A stretch of 64,000 bases of DNA from Pseudomonadota bacterium (GCA_027485695.1 JAIXQO010000005.1:16358-80357); one strand, 5' to 3'; shown: positions 27,773 through 38,833, numbered from the stretch's first letter. Notes: a model not told the origin generated them from the sequence alone. Program-made: numbers and translations.

Positions 27773-28315
27773 ATGAAGTCCCCCCTCACCCTTCAGGAAC
27801 TCAAAGAGCGATTCGGGTACCGCTCAGAACTATTTGAGAAACGGGAGCGTTTTTCATTCTCCCGGTGGGAAACGGGAATTCCAAAAGGCGCGATCACCGA
27901 GATCACCGGTCCGGGAAAAACGGCGTTCGTCGCTGATTTTCTCAAGGAACGACCGGATGAGCGCGTGATCTGGATCGAAGAATCGTTTTCGCTTTTTCCG
28001 CTCGCACTCGAGCAACGAGGCGTCGCGCCTGAACAAGTGCTTTTCGTCGACATTGGACGAGAGAACTCACGTGAATTGGAATGGACGCTGCTTCAGGCGC
28101 TGCGCTCACAGGCTTTTTCGATCGCGGTGCTCTATTCCGAATTCGAAGATTCCCGGATGCTCAGACGTATCCAACTCGCGACCGAGAGTGCGCATGCAGC
28201 CACGCTTTGGTTGAGATCTACGCCGCACGCCTCGCAGACCAGTGCGCTTTCACTCCGAATCGAACGAGATCCCGTCACCGACGAACGCCGGCCGATTCGC
28301 CTCAGGGAGCGCTAG
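27773..28315 (+). CDS. imuA: ImuA-like RecA-fold mutasome accessory protein
   Basis: GIPKGAITEITGPGKT, LEWTLLQALRS, RRIQLA; position between lexA and imuB. Confidence 0.8.
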   Translation: MKSPLTLQELKERFGYRSELFEKRERFSFSRWETGIPKGAITEITGPGKTAFVADFLKERPDERVIWIEESFSLFPLALEQRGVAPEQVLFVDIGRENSRELEWTLLQALRSQAFSIAVLYSEFEDSRMLRRIQLATESAHAATLWLRSTPHASQTSALSLRIERDPVTDERRPIRLRER

Positions 28316-28316
28316 A

Positions 28317-29588
28317 ATGAGAATACTCGCCATCGCACTCCCTCCGTCTGAGACTCAACAAGAAATTCTGGCCGAGGCATGCCTGCGATTTTCTCCGCTC
28401 GTATCCTTAGGAGCACAAGCGGTTTTCGTCGAGATCGGTCGTTGTCACCTGCTCTATTCCGAGGATTCGATCCGAGCCCGCACCCAAGTTCTGCTCTCGC
28501 GGCTCGGGATCGCCGGACGGATCGCAATCGCCGATGATCTGGCAACCGCGGTATCACTTGCGCGAACTCAGAAAAAACACCGCGATCAAATCCCCGTCGA
28601 GTGCTTACCCACCTATCTCTCTCCTTATGAAACGACCGACCTGCTCGATGAAATGATTGCGAGCTTGAAACGCCTGGGTATCGGAGAGCTCGGCGCGTTC
28701 CTCGCGCTCCCTCGTCGTTCGATCGCCGCGCGTTTCGGAAAAATTGGGCTTTTTTGTCGAGAGAACTGCGAGTTTCCGGAGCGCGTTCCACTGCGCCCGT
28801 TTCAGGCTAAATCGCGAATCGAAGAATCCGAACGCATCGACGAGTCTTATGCGCTGATAGAGCTCGAGCCGTTGCTCTTCGTCTTAAAAAAAATCTTAGA
28901 CCGTGTTTCGCTCCGCCTTCGCGGTACCGGGAAACTCGCGCTTCGGATGAAACTATCACTGTCGCTCACCCCGCACTCCCACGTCACTGAGCCGCGTCCA
29001 GTTTTCGATTTTGTTTTTCCGTTTCCTCAAGGGAGCACGAATTCGCTCATTCCGCTTTTTAGAGACCGCTTGGATTCTCTTTTCCAAAGGCACCCACTCG
29101 AATCCCCCATCCAAGAAATCCGAATCGAAGTCCTGGAGACGGTCCCCTCACAAGGAGCGCAAAAAAATTTTTTTCACCGCAAGGAAGAAGAACTCGAATC
29201 CTACCGCGGCATCGTCGCGCGACTCACCGATCGCCTAGGCTATTCACGCGTCTTCCACGCCGAGACCGTCGAGAGTTACATCCCTGAACGCGGATGGAAA
29301 AAAACCCTTTCACCACCGGTTCCACGCCCTACCCCGCTACCCGAGCGTCCCACGCGAATCCTAAAAACACCGATCCCGATTCATCCGATCGATGAATACT
29401 TTCAGACCAAACACCGCCGATGGAAAGTGATCGAGATGCAAGGCCCAGAGCGCATCCGTGGCGAGTGGTGGATGAATGAATCCGAGGAACGCGACTACTA
29501 CCGCATCATCACGGATGGGGGCGAGGATCTCTGGATCTATGAGAACCGCGAGACCGGAGCCACTTACCTTCAAGGGGTGTATGACTGA
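28317..29588 (+). CDS. imuB: ImuB, inactive Y-family polymerase-like protein
   Basis: RFSPLVS, LKRLGI, ARFG, GPERIRGEWW...RDYY C-terminal motif. Confidence 0.9.
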   Translation: MRILAIALPPSETQQEILAEACLRFSPLVSLGAQAVFVEIGRCHLLYSEDSIRARTQVLLSRLGIAGRIAIADDLATAVSLARTQKKHRDQIPVECLPTYLSPYETTDLLDEMIASLKRLGIGELGAFLALPRRSIAARFGKIGLFCRENCEFPERVPLRPFQAKSRIEESERIDESYALIELEPLLFVLKKILDRVSLRLRGTGKLALRMKLSLSLTPHSHVTEPRPVFDFVFPFPQGSTNSLIPLFRDRLDSLFQRHPLESPIQEIRIEVLETVPSQGAQKNFFHRKEEELESYRGIVARLTDRLGYSRVFHAETVESYIPERGWKKTLSPPVPRPTPLPERPTRILKTPIPIHPIDEYFQTKHRRWKVIEMQGPERIRGEWWMNESEERDYYRIITDGGEDLWIYENRETGATYLQGVYD

Positions 29589-32500
29589 TGTACGCCGAAC
29601 TCCTTTGCAAAACGAATTTCTCATTCCTAGAAGGTGCCTCGCATTCTGAGGAGCTCGTCAAACGCGCACATGAGATTGGACTCCAGTCACTCGCACTCAC
29701 GGATCGAAACGGCGTTTACGGACTACCCAAAGCCTATTGGTACGCCAAGGATATTCCAGGATTTCATCTGATCACGGGAGCCGAAATCACGATGCACGAC
29801 TCCTCGCCGCTCACCTTACTGGCGCGTGATCGCGGTGGATATGCGATGTTATGCCGCCTCCTCACGCAGGCCCATGCCGACAAGCCCAAAGGCGAGGCCG
29901 TCCTCCGGCTCAATGAACTCCAAGAGACACTGCGGGATTCTCGTAGCCGAGGGCTCTACGCGATCGCTCGGGATGGATCGCAGATCCAAGACTACAGCGA
30001 AATTTTCGAAGACCGATTGTCGCTCGCCCTCTCACGACAACTCGACGGTCGCGACGACGAGCGCTTGCTCCGCGCGCTGAAAATCCACCGCGAAACCGGC
30101 GTTCCTCTCCTGGCCTCGAACGACGTGCTCTTTCATGAAAAAAAACGGAGCCCCGTCCAAGACGTCCTCACCTGCATCAAAAACGGCAAGACGCTCGTAA
30201 ACGCGGGTTTCGAGCTCAAGAGCAATCACGAACGCTACCTGAAATCCGAACTCGAGATGAGGCGGCTTTTTCATGATCTCCCGCAAGCCATCGAGCGAAG
30301 CGTGGAATTGGCCCAAGGCTGCACGTTCTCGCTCTCCGAACTCAAATACCGATACCCCTCCGAATGGATTCCCGCAGGGTTTTCGGCGCAGACTTACCTC
30401 ATCGATCTCGTCTGGCGAGGTGCAAAGTCCAGATTTCCGAACGGCGTTCCGGAGAAAGCTCGGAAACAGATCGAGCACGAACTAAGCCTCATCGAACGAC
30501 TCGGCTACGCCGATTATTTCCTCACGATCGAAGACATCGTCTCATTCGCCCGCCAACGGAAAATCCTCTGTCAGGGTCGAGGATCTGCCGCGAACTCCAT
30601 CGTCTGTTTCGTACTCGGGATCACAGCCGTGAATCCGATCCAGATGAATTTCCTGTTCGAGCGATTCATCTCTCTGGAGCGCAAGGAACCTCCTGATATC
30701 GACGTCGATTTCGAACACGAACGCCGCGAAGAGGTCATCCAGTACATCTACGGGAAATACGGTCGCGACCGTGCCGCGATGGTGAGCGCAGTCGTCACCT
30801 ATCAGGATCGTTCGCTGTTTCGCGAAGTCGCAAAAACATTCGGGGTCGAAGTCGGTACGCTCTCTTCGCGCGAAACTCAGGCACGGTTCGAAGAGCTCTC
30901 TCGCTCGAGCCCCGTTCCAGAGGTGCGTGAAAAAATAGAAGCAATCACAGATGAAATGGAACGGTTTCCCAGACACCTCTCCATTCATTCGGGAGGTTTC
31001 ACGCTCTCCGCCGATCCCATCATAGAGATCGTACCGGTGGAACCGGCTCGCATGGAGGGGCGCACGATCATCCAGTGGGACAAGAACGATCTCGATTACT
31101 TGGGTCTCCTGAAGGTCGACGTACTGGCGCTTGGCATGCTCTCCGCCCTCAACCGCACGTTGCTGGCCGTTGGTAAGGAACTCTACGAACTCCCTCCCGA
31201 AGATCCAGAAACCTACAAAATGATTAGTCGAGCCGACACCGTGGGAACGTTCCAGGTCGAATCGCGCGCGCAGATGAATATGAGTGGGCGACTCAGACCG
31301 GAGAACTTCTACGACCTGGTCATCCAAATCGCAATCGTGCGCCCCGGTCCGATCGTCGGCAAGATGGTCCATCCCTACCTCAAGCGTAAACACGGCTTAG
31401 AAAAAGCCGTCTACCCGAATGAGATCCTGGAGCGAATCCTGGGGAAAACGCTCGGAGTTCCTTTGTTCCAAGAGCAGATCATGAAAATCGCAATCGAGCT
31501 CGGCGGATTCAGCCCCGGTGAAGCCGATCTCCTCAGACGCGCGATTGGAGCTTGGCGATCGAGCGGCTCCATTCGAGAGGTCGGCATGAAACTCTTCGAT
31601 GCACTCCTCAAGAACGGCGTTCCCGAGGATTATGCGCAAATGATTTTTGAGCAGATGAAAGGCTTCGCCCACTACGGTTTCCCCGAGAGCCATGCCGCAA
31701 GCTTCGCGCTACTTGCCTATGCTTCTTGTTACCTCAAACGCTATCATCACGCAGAGTTCACCTATGGACTGCTGAACTCGCTGCCCATGGGATTCTACGC
31801 CGCGCACACGCTGATTGACGATGCAAAATCCCACGGCGTCACCGTTCACCCGTGTGACCCGAACCTCTCGTCCTATGAAACCACGCTCGAGAATGGTGCG
31901 CTCAGACTGGGGCTTAAACTCATTCAAGGCATTTCAGAAAACGAGATCAAAACGTTGATCGCTGGGCGTCCCTATCATTCACTTGCTGACTTTCTCTCCA
32001 GAAATCCGATCCGAGCGGACATTCTGGAGCGACTCGCGATGGGGAATTTTTTTGCGGCGTTTGGCCTGAATGAGCGCGACGCGCTTTGGAGAATCTTGGC
32101 GGATGCGATCCCGAAAACCGTGCGTGCTGAAAAAACTCAGCTCGATCTTTTTCAAGTCAGCGCGAACCCAGGTGATTCGGTTCGGTTTCATTCATTGCCG
32201 ACGTTTGACGGAATCACGAACGACTACGCCGCCTATCACGCGTCCGCACGTGGTCACCCGATGGTGGAACTGAGACGCATCAAGAAAATTCCCCAAACGC
32301 GCATTCAAGAAATCAAGCGGCTCGCACATAATACTCCGATCTCGGTATCCGGACTGCTGCTCGTACGACAACGTCCACCCACCGCAGGTGGCGTGACGTT
32401 CGGTGCGATTGAGGACGAAACAGGAATTTTGGATCTGACGCTCTTTCAGGACGTTTATGCCAAATATAAGCCGATTTTTTTGACGAATTGTTTTCTCATC

Positions 32501-32623
32501 ATTCGCGGAACTCTCCAAAAAGACGGCGACGCCGTGAACGTGTTGGTTCGCTCCATCGCTCCCGTGTTCTCGGAACGGGATCCGGAGACACTCTCCATTT
32601 CTGTCAGTCAGTATTTTTGGTGA
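29588..32623 (+). CDS. dnaE2: Error-prone DNA polymerase DnaE2 (ImuC)
   Basis: YAEL..TNFSFLEGAS, QGRGSAANS, EPPDIDVDFEH, YGFPESHAASFA, RQRPPTA; in the imu cassette. Confidence 0.96.
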   Translation: MYAELLCKTNFSFLEGASHSEELVKRAHEIGLQSLALTDRNGVYGLPKAYWYAKDIPGFHLITGAEITMHDSSPLTLLARDRGGYAMLCRLLTQAHADKPKGEAVLRLNELQETLRDSRSRGLYAIARDGSQIQDYSEIFEDRLSLALSRQLDGRDDERLLRALKIHRETGVPLLASNDVLFHEKKRSPVQDVLTCIKNGKTLVNAGFELKSNHERYLKSELEMRRLFHDLPQAIERSVELAQGCTFSLSELKYRYPSEWIPAGFSAQTYLIDLVWRGAKSRFPNGVPEKARKQIEHELSLIERLGYADYFLTIEDIVSFARQRKILCQGRGSAANSIVCFVLGITAVNPIQMNFLFERFISLERKEPPDIDVDFEHERREEVIQYIYGKYGRDRAAMVSAVVTYQDRSLFREVAKTFGVEVGTLSSRETQARFEELSRSSPVPEVREKIEAITDEMERFPRHLSIHSGGFTLSADPIIEIVPVEPARMEGRTIIQWDKNDLDYLGLLKVDVLALGMLSALNRTLLAVGKELYELPPEDPETYKMISRADTVGTFQVESRAQMNMSGRLRPENFYDLVIQIAIVRPGPIVGKMVHPYLKRKHGLEKAVYPNEILERILGKTLGVPLFQEQIMKIAIELGGFSPGEADLLRRAIGAWRSSGSIREVGMKLFDALLKNGVPEDYAQMIFEQMKGFAHYGFPESHAASFALLAYASCYLKRYHHAEFTYGLLNSLPMGFYAAHTLIDDAKSHGVTVHPCDPNLSSYETTLENGALRLGLKLIQGISENEIKTLIAGRPYHSLADFLSRNPIRADILERLAMGNFFAAFGLNERDALWRILADAIPKTVRAEKTQLDLFQVSANPGDSVRFHSLPTFDGITNDYAAYHASARGHPMVELRRIKKIPQTRIQEIKRLAHNTPISVSGLLLVRQRPPTAGGVTFGAIEDETGILDLTLFQDVYAKYKPIFLTNCFLIIRGTLQKDGDAVNVLVRSIAPVFSERDPETLSISVSQYFW

Positions 32624-33719
32624 TGAGCGCAAGATTCTCGATGTGTCCCGTACGCGGAAAAAAATCAACCGGCGAGATGCTGTGTACATCGTATCCGTTC
32701 GCTTCAAAACTGAGCAAATCATGAGCGAGCGTGCGAGGGTTACACGAAAGGTAGGCGATGCGTTGAGGCCGGCGACTTAAGCGCGCCAGTCCATGAACAA
32801 CGGATTCACCCAACCCGGAACGCGACGGATTCACGAACGCGACCACACTCGGTTCGTTACGCACGAACGCTTCTATTTGCGGCAACCGATTCTCAATGGT
32901 TCCTTGGAGGAACTGAGCATCGGGGACATTCTGTCTCGCATATTGTACACTCTCTCCGGCAACTTCGATTCCGAGCACTCGTCTTCCCGGACGCATAAAA
33001 ACCGAAGTGCTCATCCCCATACCGCAGTAGAGGTCCAGGCAGGCGGAACCTTCTCCCAGCCAAGCGTCAGACGCATCGATCGCTTGCTCATAGAGCGGAA
33101 AATCATTTTGTAAAAACGTGACCGGTCCGTAGAAAAACGATCGCGACTTCCAAGTCAGGGCTGCTTGATCTTGCCCGAAAAACGGGATCCGATTTTTAGC
33201 GGAAAAAACGCGTCTTCCGGCCGATGCGTTGAAATCAAAAACGATCCCACGCCAGTGAGTGCTGGAGAGTTCCTCAAGAACGCGCGACCAAACGCCCGGA
33301 TTCCATTCGAATGGCTTGGATTTCAAAACCAACGTCAGGAGCTCGCGATTCGAAAAAACAAACCGGAGCGGGAGCCCTCTCGGCAGCGCAGATCTCAACC
33401 ACTGCAAGGACTGATTTTGTCGCTCCGTATGGAGCGGGCAATCCGGAATCTCGAGAACCGCTTCGTCCTGGAGGAGTCCGAACCGATAACCCGCCTCTCC
33501 TTCCTCGACATGCAAGAGGACTCGGTCCCGGTAACGAATCTGCATCAAACTCGGTTTCCCCGCGCCCAGACGTGACTCCCACGGGAGGAGATGCTTGCGA
33601 TTCCAATCTTGTTTACTCTCCCAGGAACTGGCGTAGGAATCCGATTTGTACCGACAAGCGCGGCAAGCTTGCACGCAACCCCGGAGGTCACGAAGCGGTG
33701 AAATGTCACCGTCGTTCAT
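32604..33719 (-). CDS. RNA m5U methyltransferase (TrmA/RlmD family)
   Basis: FLQ, LDLYCGMG, NPSRSGL, YLSCNPRTL, DFFPRTGHIE. Confidence 0.88.
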   Translation of the reverse strand: MNDGDISPLRDLRGCVQACRACRYKSDSYASSWESKQDWNRKHLLPWESRLGAGKPSLMQIRYRDRVLLHVEEGEAGYRFGLLQDEAVLEIPDCPLHTERQNQSLQWLRSALPRGLPLRFVFSNRELLTLVLKSKPFEWNPGVWSRVLEELSSTHWRGIVFDFNASAGRRVFSAKNRIPFFGQDQAALTWKSRSFFYGPVTFLQNDFPLYEQAIDASDAWLGEGSACLDLYCGMGMSTSVFMRPGRRVLGIEVAGESVQYARQNVPDAQFLQGTIENRLPQIEAFVRNEPSVVAFVNPSRSGLGESVVHGLARLSRRPQRIAYLSCNPRTLAHDLLSFEANGYDVHSISPVDFFPRTGHIENLALITKNTD

Positions 33720-34669
33720 GATTGATGAGAGGGCGGGAACGCGCGCGCGACATCAGCCGCGGAATCAATCCGATGCTCGATCATGCTGCGAATACCGGTC
33801 TTGAATTTTTCCCAGTAGCTCTCGGCCTTGGCTGGATTCGCAGTCGGGAGTTCCAGCGTGATCGTCGGGATGCCGCGCTCTTGACCGGCAAAATTACCGA
33901 GCGATCCCGGAAAAAATCCCGTCGAGCGCGCCTTCAGCCGCGTGCGGAGTTTCACGCACTCGTTGACGTATTCTTTTGGGAAACGATCCAGCGTCAACGA
34001 AGACGGCCCATCGTAGTCCATGACATTCAAGGGCGCGTGAATGGAGAGGATCTTGACTGGCTTAACCTTCTCGATCAGCTCGCGCTGAAAATGAGTCTCT
34101 GGCTCCGAGTCCGGTTCATTGCCGGGAAAACGTCTCGGGTTCGAGTGAAGCGCGCCTTTCCAAGACTTGAGGGCGCGGGCCTTCCAGTCAGCCGTATCAA
34201 AGTTCCGGTTCAAATCCACGCCTCGCGAATTCATGCGAATCGGCGGTTTGCGGAAAAATCCGTCCGGATTCACGAACGGGGCGACGACGACGTAGGAATC
34301 TTTGAGTTCTTTTTCGTTCTGCTTGATCCACTCGGCGATTTTGAACGCGAGGTAGAGGGGGGTGATCTCGTCCGGGTGAACCATCGAGAGAACGAGCGTG
34401 CGGTTCGTACTCGCCGGATTTCCGAACTCTGCCCAAATGAGCGGACGTTTCTCGACCGAGAGTCGCTCGGACTTAAACGACAAACCCTCGCACGGTTTCG
34501 CCATTCCCCATTTGTATTTGGTGAACGCTGTCTCCAGCTCCGTACAAAGTGCAGGAATTTTCTCGGCCGACTTCTGGTCTTCTGCGGTGGGCGCAGGAAC
34601 GGCTTTTTCTACGACCGTCGTAGCGGCACCAGCTGTGGCGAGAAACCAGACGAGCGAGAGAGAAATCAT
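33716..34669 (-). CDS. M14 zinc carboxypeptidase, murein peptide amidase A-like, with signal peptide
   Basis: HPDE, NPDG, RMNSRGVDLNRNF, SEPET, SIHAP, TITLELP. Confidence 0.85.
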   Translation of the reverse strand: MISLSLVWFLATAGAATTVVEKAVPAPTAEDQKSAEKIPALCTELETAFTKYKWGMAKPCEGLSFKSERLSVEKRPLIWAEFGNPASTNRTLVLSMVHPDEITPLYLAFKIAEWIKQNEKELKDSYVVVAPFVNPDGFFRKPPIRMNSRGVDLNRNFDTADWKARALKSWKGALHSNPRRFPGNEPDSEPETHFQRELIEKVKPVKILSIHAPLNVMDYDGPSSLTLDRFPKEYVNECVKLRTRLKARSTGFFPGSLGNFAGQERGIPTITLELPTANPAKAESYWEKFKTGIRSMIEHRIDSAADVARAFPPSHQS

Positions 34670-35292
34670 ACGACCGGATTCCTCCGTTTTTTCCACTGCC
34701 ATTTAACAATGAAAAAAGTGATGACCGCGACGATCAAGATCAGAACGCCGCCTTCGACTTTCTTGACCCATTCGAAAACTAAGTCGATCTTATCGCCTCC
34801 GTAAAACACGGCGTAAATGATCGCGGGAACGCTGAGCAAGGCCGCCAGTCCATCCCAGAATAGAAAACTCCAAAACGAAACGTGCAGCATGCCGGCCGAG
34901 AAAAACATCGGTGCACGCAGACCCGGCATAAATCGCGCGGCGAAAAGAATCTTGCCGCTGCCTCGTTTCTTAAACTGTTCCGAAGCCATTTTCAGACGGG
35001 ACTCGGGAAGAATTTTTTGGAACCACGAGCGAGTCGAAAGACGCTTGCCGTAATGCGATCCCAAGTAATACATCGCAGAGTCCCCGCAGAGAACGCCCGC
35101 CAATCCGACGCCCGTCATGATGAGCGGGTCACATACGCCGAAATAGCTCAGGAGACCCGCCGCAAAAAGCGTGATGTCTTCCGGCACAGGAAGTCCAAAT
35201 CCACAAAGTAACAGAATGCCGTACACAACCCAGTAAGGAGTCGCACCGTAAAAGTTCAGCAGAAAATCGATTAGGGTGTCTAAGAATTCCAT
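34666..35292 (-). CDS. DedA-family membrane protein
   Basis: GLPVPED, GD..MYYLG, ARFMPGLR. Confidence 0.93.
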   Translation of the reverse strand: MEFLDTLIDFLLNFYGATPYWVVYGILLLCGFGLPVPEDITLFAAGLLSYFGVCDPLIMTGVGLAGVLCGDSAMYYLGSHYGKRLSTRSWFQKILPESRLKMASEQFKKRGSGKILFAARFMPGLRAPMFFSAGMLHVSFWSFLFWDGLAALLSVPAIIYAVFYGGDKIDLVFEWVKKVEGGVLILIVAVITFFIVKWQWKKRRNPVV

Positions 35293-35368
35293 CGAAGTTT
35301 CGTCGAATTTCTCAATCGTTTGGAAGTTTTAAGCCTAGCAGACGGGGGATGAAGAATCGAGGGGCCAT

Positions 35369-36325
35369 TTATTCCGATTTTTTAGGTTCCGGCTTCCGGA
35401 GCGGATGCAATTTCAAATACTCGTCTCGAATCGCTTTTAAATCGACTTGAGTATATCGGCTCGTCGTCGACAGCTCAGCATGACCCAAAAGCTCTTGAAT
35501 CGCTCGAAGATCCGCTCCGTTCGCAAGCAAATGAGTGGCAAAGCTGTGGCGCAAACCATGCGGAGAAATTAATTTTGTCTCATTTTCCATGCGTTCAATG
35601 CGTGCTTTGAGCAGATAGCGGACGCCTCTAGTCGTAATTCGCTCCTGATTCTTGTTCAGAAACAGTGCGCGCTCACGGTCACTCGCCGCGCGATCACGCT
35701 GTTCGCAGTAGCTCTCTAGCGCAGATACTGCAGCCGGCGTCATTGGGACGCGCCGCTCTTTGTTTCCTTTTCCGACCACGCGCACCCAACCATTTTCCAA
35801 GTCCAAACTCTCTCGATCGAGATTCACCGCCTCGCTCACACGTAGGCCCGATCCATACATCAATTCAAAAAGCGCACGGTCTCTCGTCTCGTGCGACGAA
35901 TCGGGCGCCGCATCTTCGAGCAATTCGGCCATCGATTCCGGCTTCAAAAATCGCGGCGTTTTTACGTCTATTTTCGGCGTCGGCAGCAGAGTCGCGATGT
36001 CTTTTTGGATCCGTTCGGTGCGACGAAGGAACCGGAGAAATGATCTCAGCGTCGCGACTTCGCGGGCGACCGTCGTTCGAGAGACCACACCTGTTTCACC
36101 GCGCTTGCGATCTCTCGACAAGAGCGCCGCCATTGCTTCACGGATTAGCGCAGATTTCCAACGAGACTCCAGTGACGAACAATCCTGGATTCCCTGGTCC
36201 GCCCAGAGGACCCGCCATTCATTCAGATCGTTTCGATAAGCCCGTAGCGTCTCGGAAGAATAGTTCTTTTGCCCGTGTAGGTAGGTGCAGAACTCCTCGA
36301 TCAAAGGGGGAAACGCATCGCTCAT
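35369..36325 (-). CDS. xerC: Tyrosine recombinase XerC
   Basis: RDRALFELMYGSGLRVSE, GKGNKER, PHGLRHSFATHLL, LLGH, catalytic Y; next to trmFO. Confidence 0.88.
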   Translation of the reverse strand: MSDAFPPLIEEFCTYLHGQKNYSSETLRAYRNDLNEWRVLWADQGIQDCSSLESRWKSALIREAMAALLSRDRKRGETGVVSRTTVAREVATLRSFLRFLRRTERIQKDIATLLPTPKIDVKTPRFLKPESMAELLEDAAPDSSHETRDRALFELMYGSGLRVSEAVNLDRESLDLENGWVRVVGKGNKERRVPMTPAAVSALESYCEQRDRAASDRERALFLNKNQERITTRGVRYLLKARIERMENETKLISPHGLRHSFATHLLANGADLRAIQELLGHAELSTTSRYTQVDLKAIRDEYLKLHPLRKPEPKKSE

Positions 36326-36373
36326 GCTTTTAGTTTAGATTCGGCAACCCCCTATGGTAAAGACGCGTTCCAT

Positions 36374-37711
36374 ATGAGCACTTCCCGCCAAAAACCTGTC
36401 GTCACCATTATCGGCGCTGGCCTCTCTGGATCCGAAGCCGCACACTTCTTGGCGGAAAAAGGCGTCCCCGTCCGCATCATCGAAATGCGACCAGAAAAAT
36501 TGACCCCCGCCCATAAAACGGGCGGCTGCGCAGAGCTCGTTTGCAGCAACTCGTTTAAGTCGCTTGATGAAACTTCTGCTCCCGGATGGCTCAAACGCGA
36601 GATGACGAGTCTGGGCTCATTGATCCTAGACTCAGCCCGCGCCAACCAAGTTCCCGCCGGCCAGGCCCTCGGCGTCGATCGTGATCGATTCTCCGAATAC
36701 GTGAGCCAACGCTTGAAAGCGCACCCGCTCATTGAATTTGAGAATCGCGAAGCAACGGACATTGTCCCGGGTGAACTCACTCTCATCGCAACCGGACCTT
36801 TGACCTCGGATCCGCTCGCGGATTTCATCGCCTCCATCACCGGCGAAAAAGACCTCTATTTTTATGACGCGATCGCCCCGATCGTAGACGCGGACTCCAT
36901 CGATCGAGACAACGTTTTTCTCGCGAACCGTTATGGCAAAGGCGACGAAGAAGCCTACCTCAACTGTCCGATGACTCGCGAAGAGTACTACGCGTTCATT
37001 GATGAGTTGATGAAGGCGGAAACGGTTCCGCCTAAGAACTTCGAAAAAGAAATTTTCTTTCAAGGGTGCCAGCCGATCGAGGCGATTGCCGCCACCGGTA
37101 AGGAAACACTCCGTTTCGGTCCGCTGAAACCCGTCGGCTTAGATGATCCCAAAACAGGTCGCCGTCCCTACGCCGTTCTCCAACTTCGTCCTGAGAACAA
37201 GAGCCTCACCGCGTACAACTTGGTCGGGTTCCAGACTAAACTCAAATGGGGCGAGCAATCGCGCCTGTTTAAAATGATTCCAGCTCTGAGAAACGCTGAG
37301 TATTTCCGAATGGGTTCGATCCATCGTAATACCTACGTCTGCTCGCCTCGCGTCCTCGCGCGAGATCTCTCGCTCAAGGCGCGCCCTGAGGTTTTCATGT
37401 CCGGTCAAGTGACCGGCGTCGAAGGCTATCTCGAGAGCTCCGCTTGCGGAATCCTGGCTGCACTCTCTATTCTCGATCGCATCCAGGGCCGCGAATTCCA
37501 GCCACCACCGAAAACGACAGCCTTGGGAGCGCTTCACCACTTCATCACCGAGAGCAATCCCAAACACTTCTCGCCGATGAACGCATGTTTCGCGCTTTTT
37601 GAAAAAGACTGGTTTCCAACCGCCATCGGCCTCAAAAAAGACGAGTCCCGCAAAAAAATGGTCGAACAGTCTACCCAAGACTTCTCGGCTTGGAGAGAAT
37701 CGGTGAAATGA
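36374..37711 (+). CDS. trmFO: Folate/FAD-dependent tRNA m5U54 methyltransferase
   Basis: GAGLSGSEAA, AELVCSNS, FYDAIAP, YNLVGFQT, HRNTY, GQVTGVEGY. Confidence 0.97.
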   Translation: MSTSRQKPVVTIIGAGLSGSEAAHFLAEKGVPVRIIEMRPEKLTPAHKTGGCAELVCSNSFKSLDETSAPGWLKREMTSLGSLILDSARANQVPAGQALGVDRDRFSEYVSQRLKAHPLIEFENREATDIVPGELTLIATGPLTSDPLADFIASITGEKDLYFYDAIAPIVDADSIDRDNVFLANRYGKGDEEAYLNCPMTREEYYAFIDELMKAETVPPKNFEKEIFFQGCQPIEAIAATGKETLRFGPLKPVGLDDPKTGRRPYAVLQLRPENKSLTAYNLVGFQTKLKWGEQSRLFKMIPALRNAEYFRMGSIHRNTYVCSPRVLARDLSLKARPEVFMSGQVTGVEGYLESSACGILAALSILDRIQGREFQPPPKTTALGALHHFITESNPKHFSPMNACFALFEKDWFPTAIGLKKDESRKKMVEQSTQDFSAWRESVK

Positions 37712-38610
37712 ACCCGTCCTCTATCGGTAGTTTTCTGATCGCGTTTGCCGCCTTCCTCTGGGCGACCGATACTCTGTTTCGCTATCCTCTCATGCAGGCG
37801 GGGTTCGACCCCGTTCTGCTCGTGGGTCTCGATCACCTGATCTGTCTCTGCGTCTTGCTACCGATCGCGTGGATGAAGTTCGGCAAAAAACTCACCGCGC
37901 TCACTCGCGCGCAGTGGACCGGACTGTTCTTGATTGGTGCCGGCGCATCGGGATTCGCTACCGTTTTCTTCACGGCGAGTTTCGGGCTCGTAAATCCGTC
38001 CGTTGCTATCCTCATTCAAAAACTCCAGCCAGTATTTGTGATCTTGTTTGCGATGCTTTTCCTCAAGGAACGGCCGCAAGCGAACTTCTGGATTTGGTCT
38101 CCGGTCGCGATCGCCGCCGGTCTCGTCATCAGTTTCCCGGATTTCAATTTCCAGTTCGTCGCCTCACTCAATCCACAATCCAAAGGCGCGATCTACGCCT
38201 TCATTGCGGCGTTCATTTGGGCGCTGGGTACAGTCGTCGGCAAGGGCCTCGTTTCCAAGGTCGATCCCGGCATTGTGACCTACTGGCGGTTTCAGTTCGG
38301 ATTCGCCACGCTCGTCGCGCTGTTCTTTTTGGGTGGCGGTCATTTCGGCGCGCTTGAAACGATCACGCATCCTCATAACCTCCAAGCGATCGGCTACATC
38401 TCGCTCGTCTCGGGTCTCACCGCGATGGTGATTTACTATCAGGGACTCAAGCGAACGACCGCATCGGTCGCAACCCTGATGGAACTCGTGTTCCCGGTAT
38501 CGGCGGTTTTCTTGAATACGATTTTTCTCGATAACGGACTCAAGCCGGTCCAGATTGCGGCATCGCTGATTCTGCTTTTTGCGGTCACGCAAATTTCGTC
38601 GCAAAAATAG
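37708..38610 (+). CDS. EamA/DMT-family transporter
   Basis: About 10 TM helices, two EamA repeats (LFLKER). Confidence 0.9.
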   Translation: MNPSSIGSFLIAFAAFLWATDTLFRYPLMQAGFDPVLLVGLDHLICLCVLLPIAWMKFGKKLTALTRAQWTGLFLIGAGASGFATVFFTASFGLVNPSVAILIQKLQPVFVILFAMLFLKERPQANFWIWSPVAIAAGLVISFPDFNFQFVASLNPQSKGAIYAFIAAFIWALGTVVGKGLVSKVDPGIVTYWRFQFGFATLVALFFLGGGHFGALETITHPHNLQAIGYISLVSGLTAMVIYYQGLKRTTASVATLMELVFPVSAVFLNTIFLDNGLKPVQIAASLILLFAVTQISSQK

Positions 38611-38833
38611 CCATTCTCTCGAACTCCACGCGACCGAATTGCCCAGTAATCAGCCGTTTCACGCAGCAATCATTCATCACTGTAGAATGATTTTATCTAA
38701 AAACAATTTCATAATTCATTGCGTCGAATGCGTTCGTCACTTATATCATTGAACTTCATTCACTCGCATCATCGGTTCCCGCTCGCTGTTACGCGTTTGG
38801 ATGTGCTTCAAAAACCAACCAGGAGTTATTTCC

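Noticed and set aside
35369-36325. Tyrosine recombinase as a phage or ICE integrase
   Set aside because: XerC-like size and motifs, housekeeping context with trmFO, and no att sites, tRNA or mobile genes nearby.
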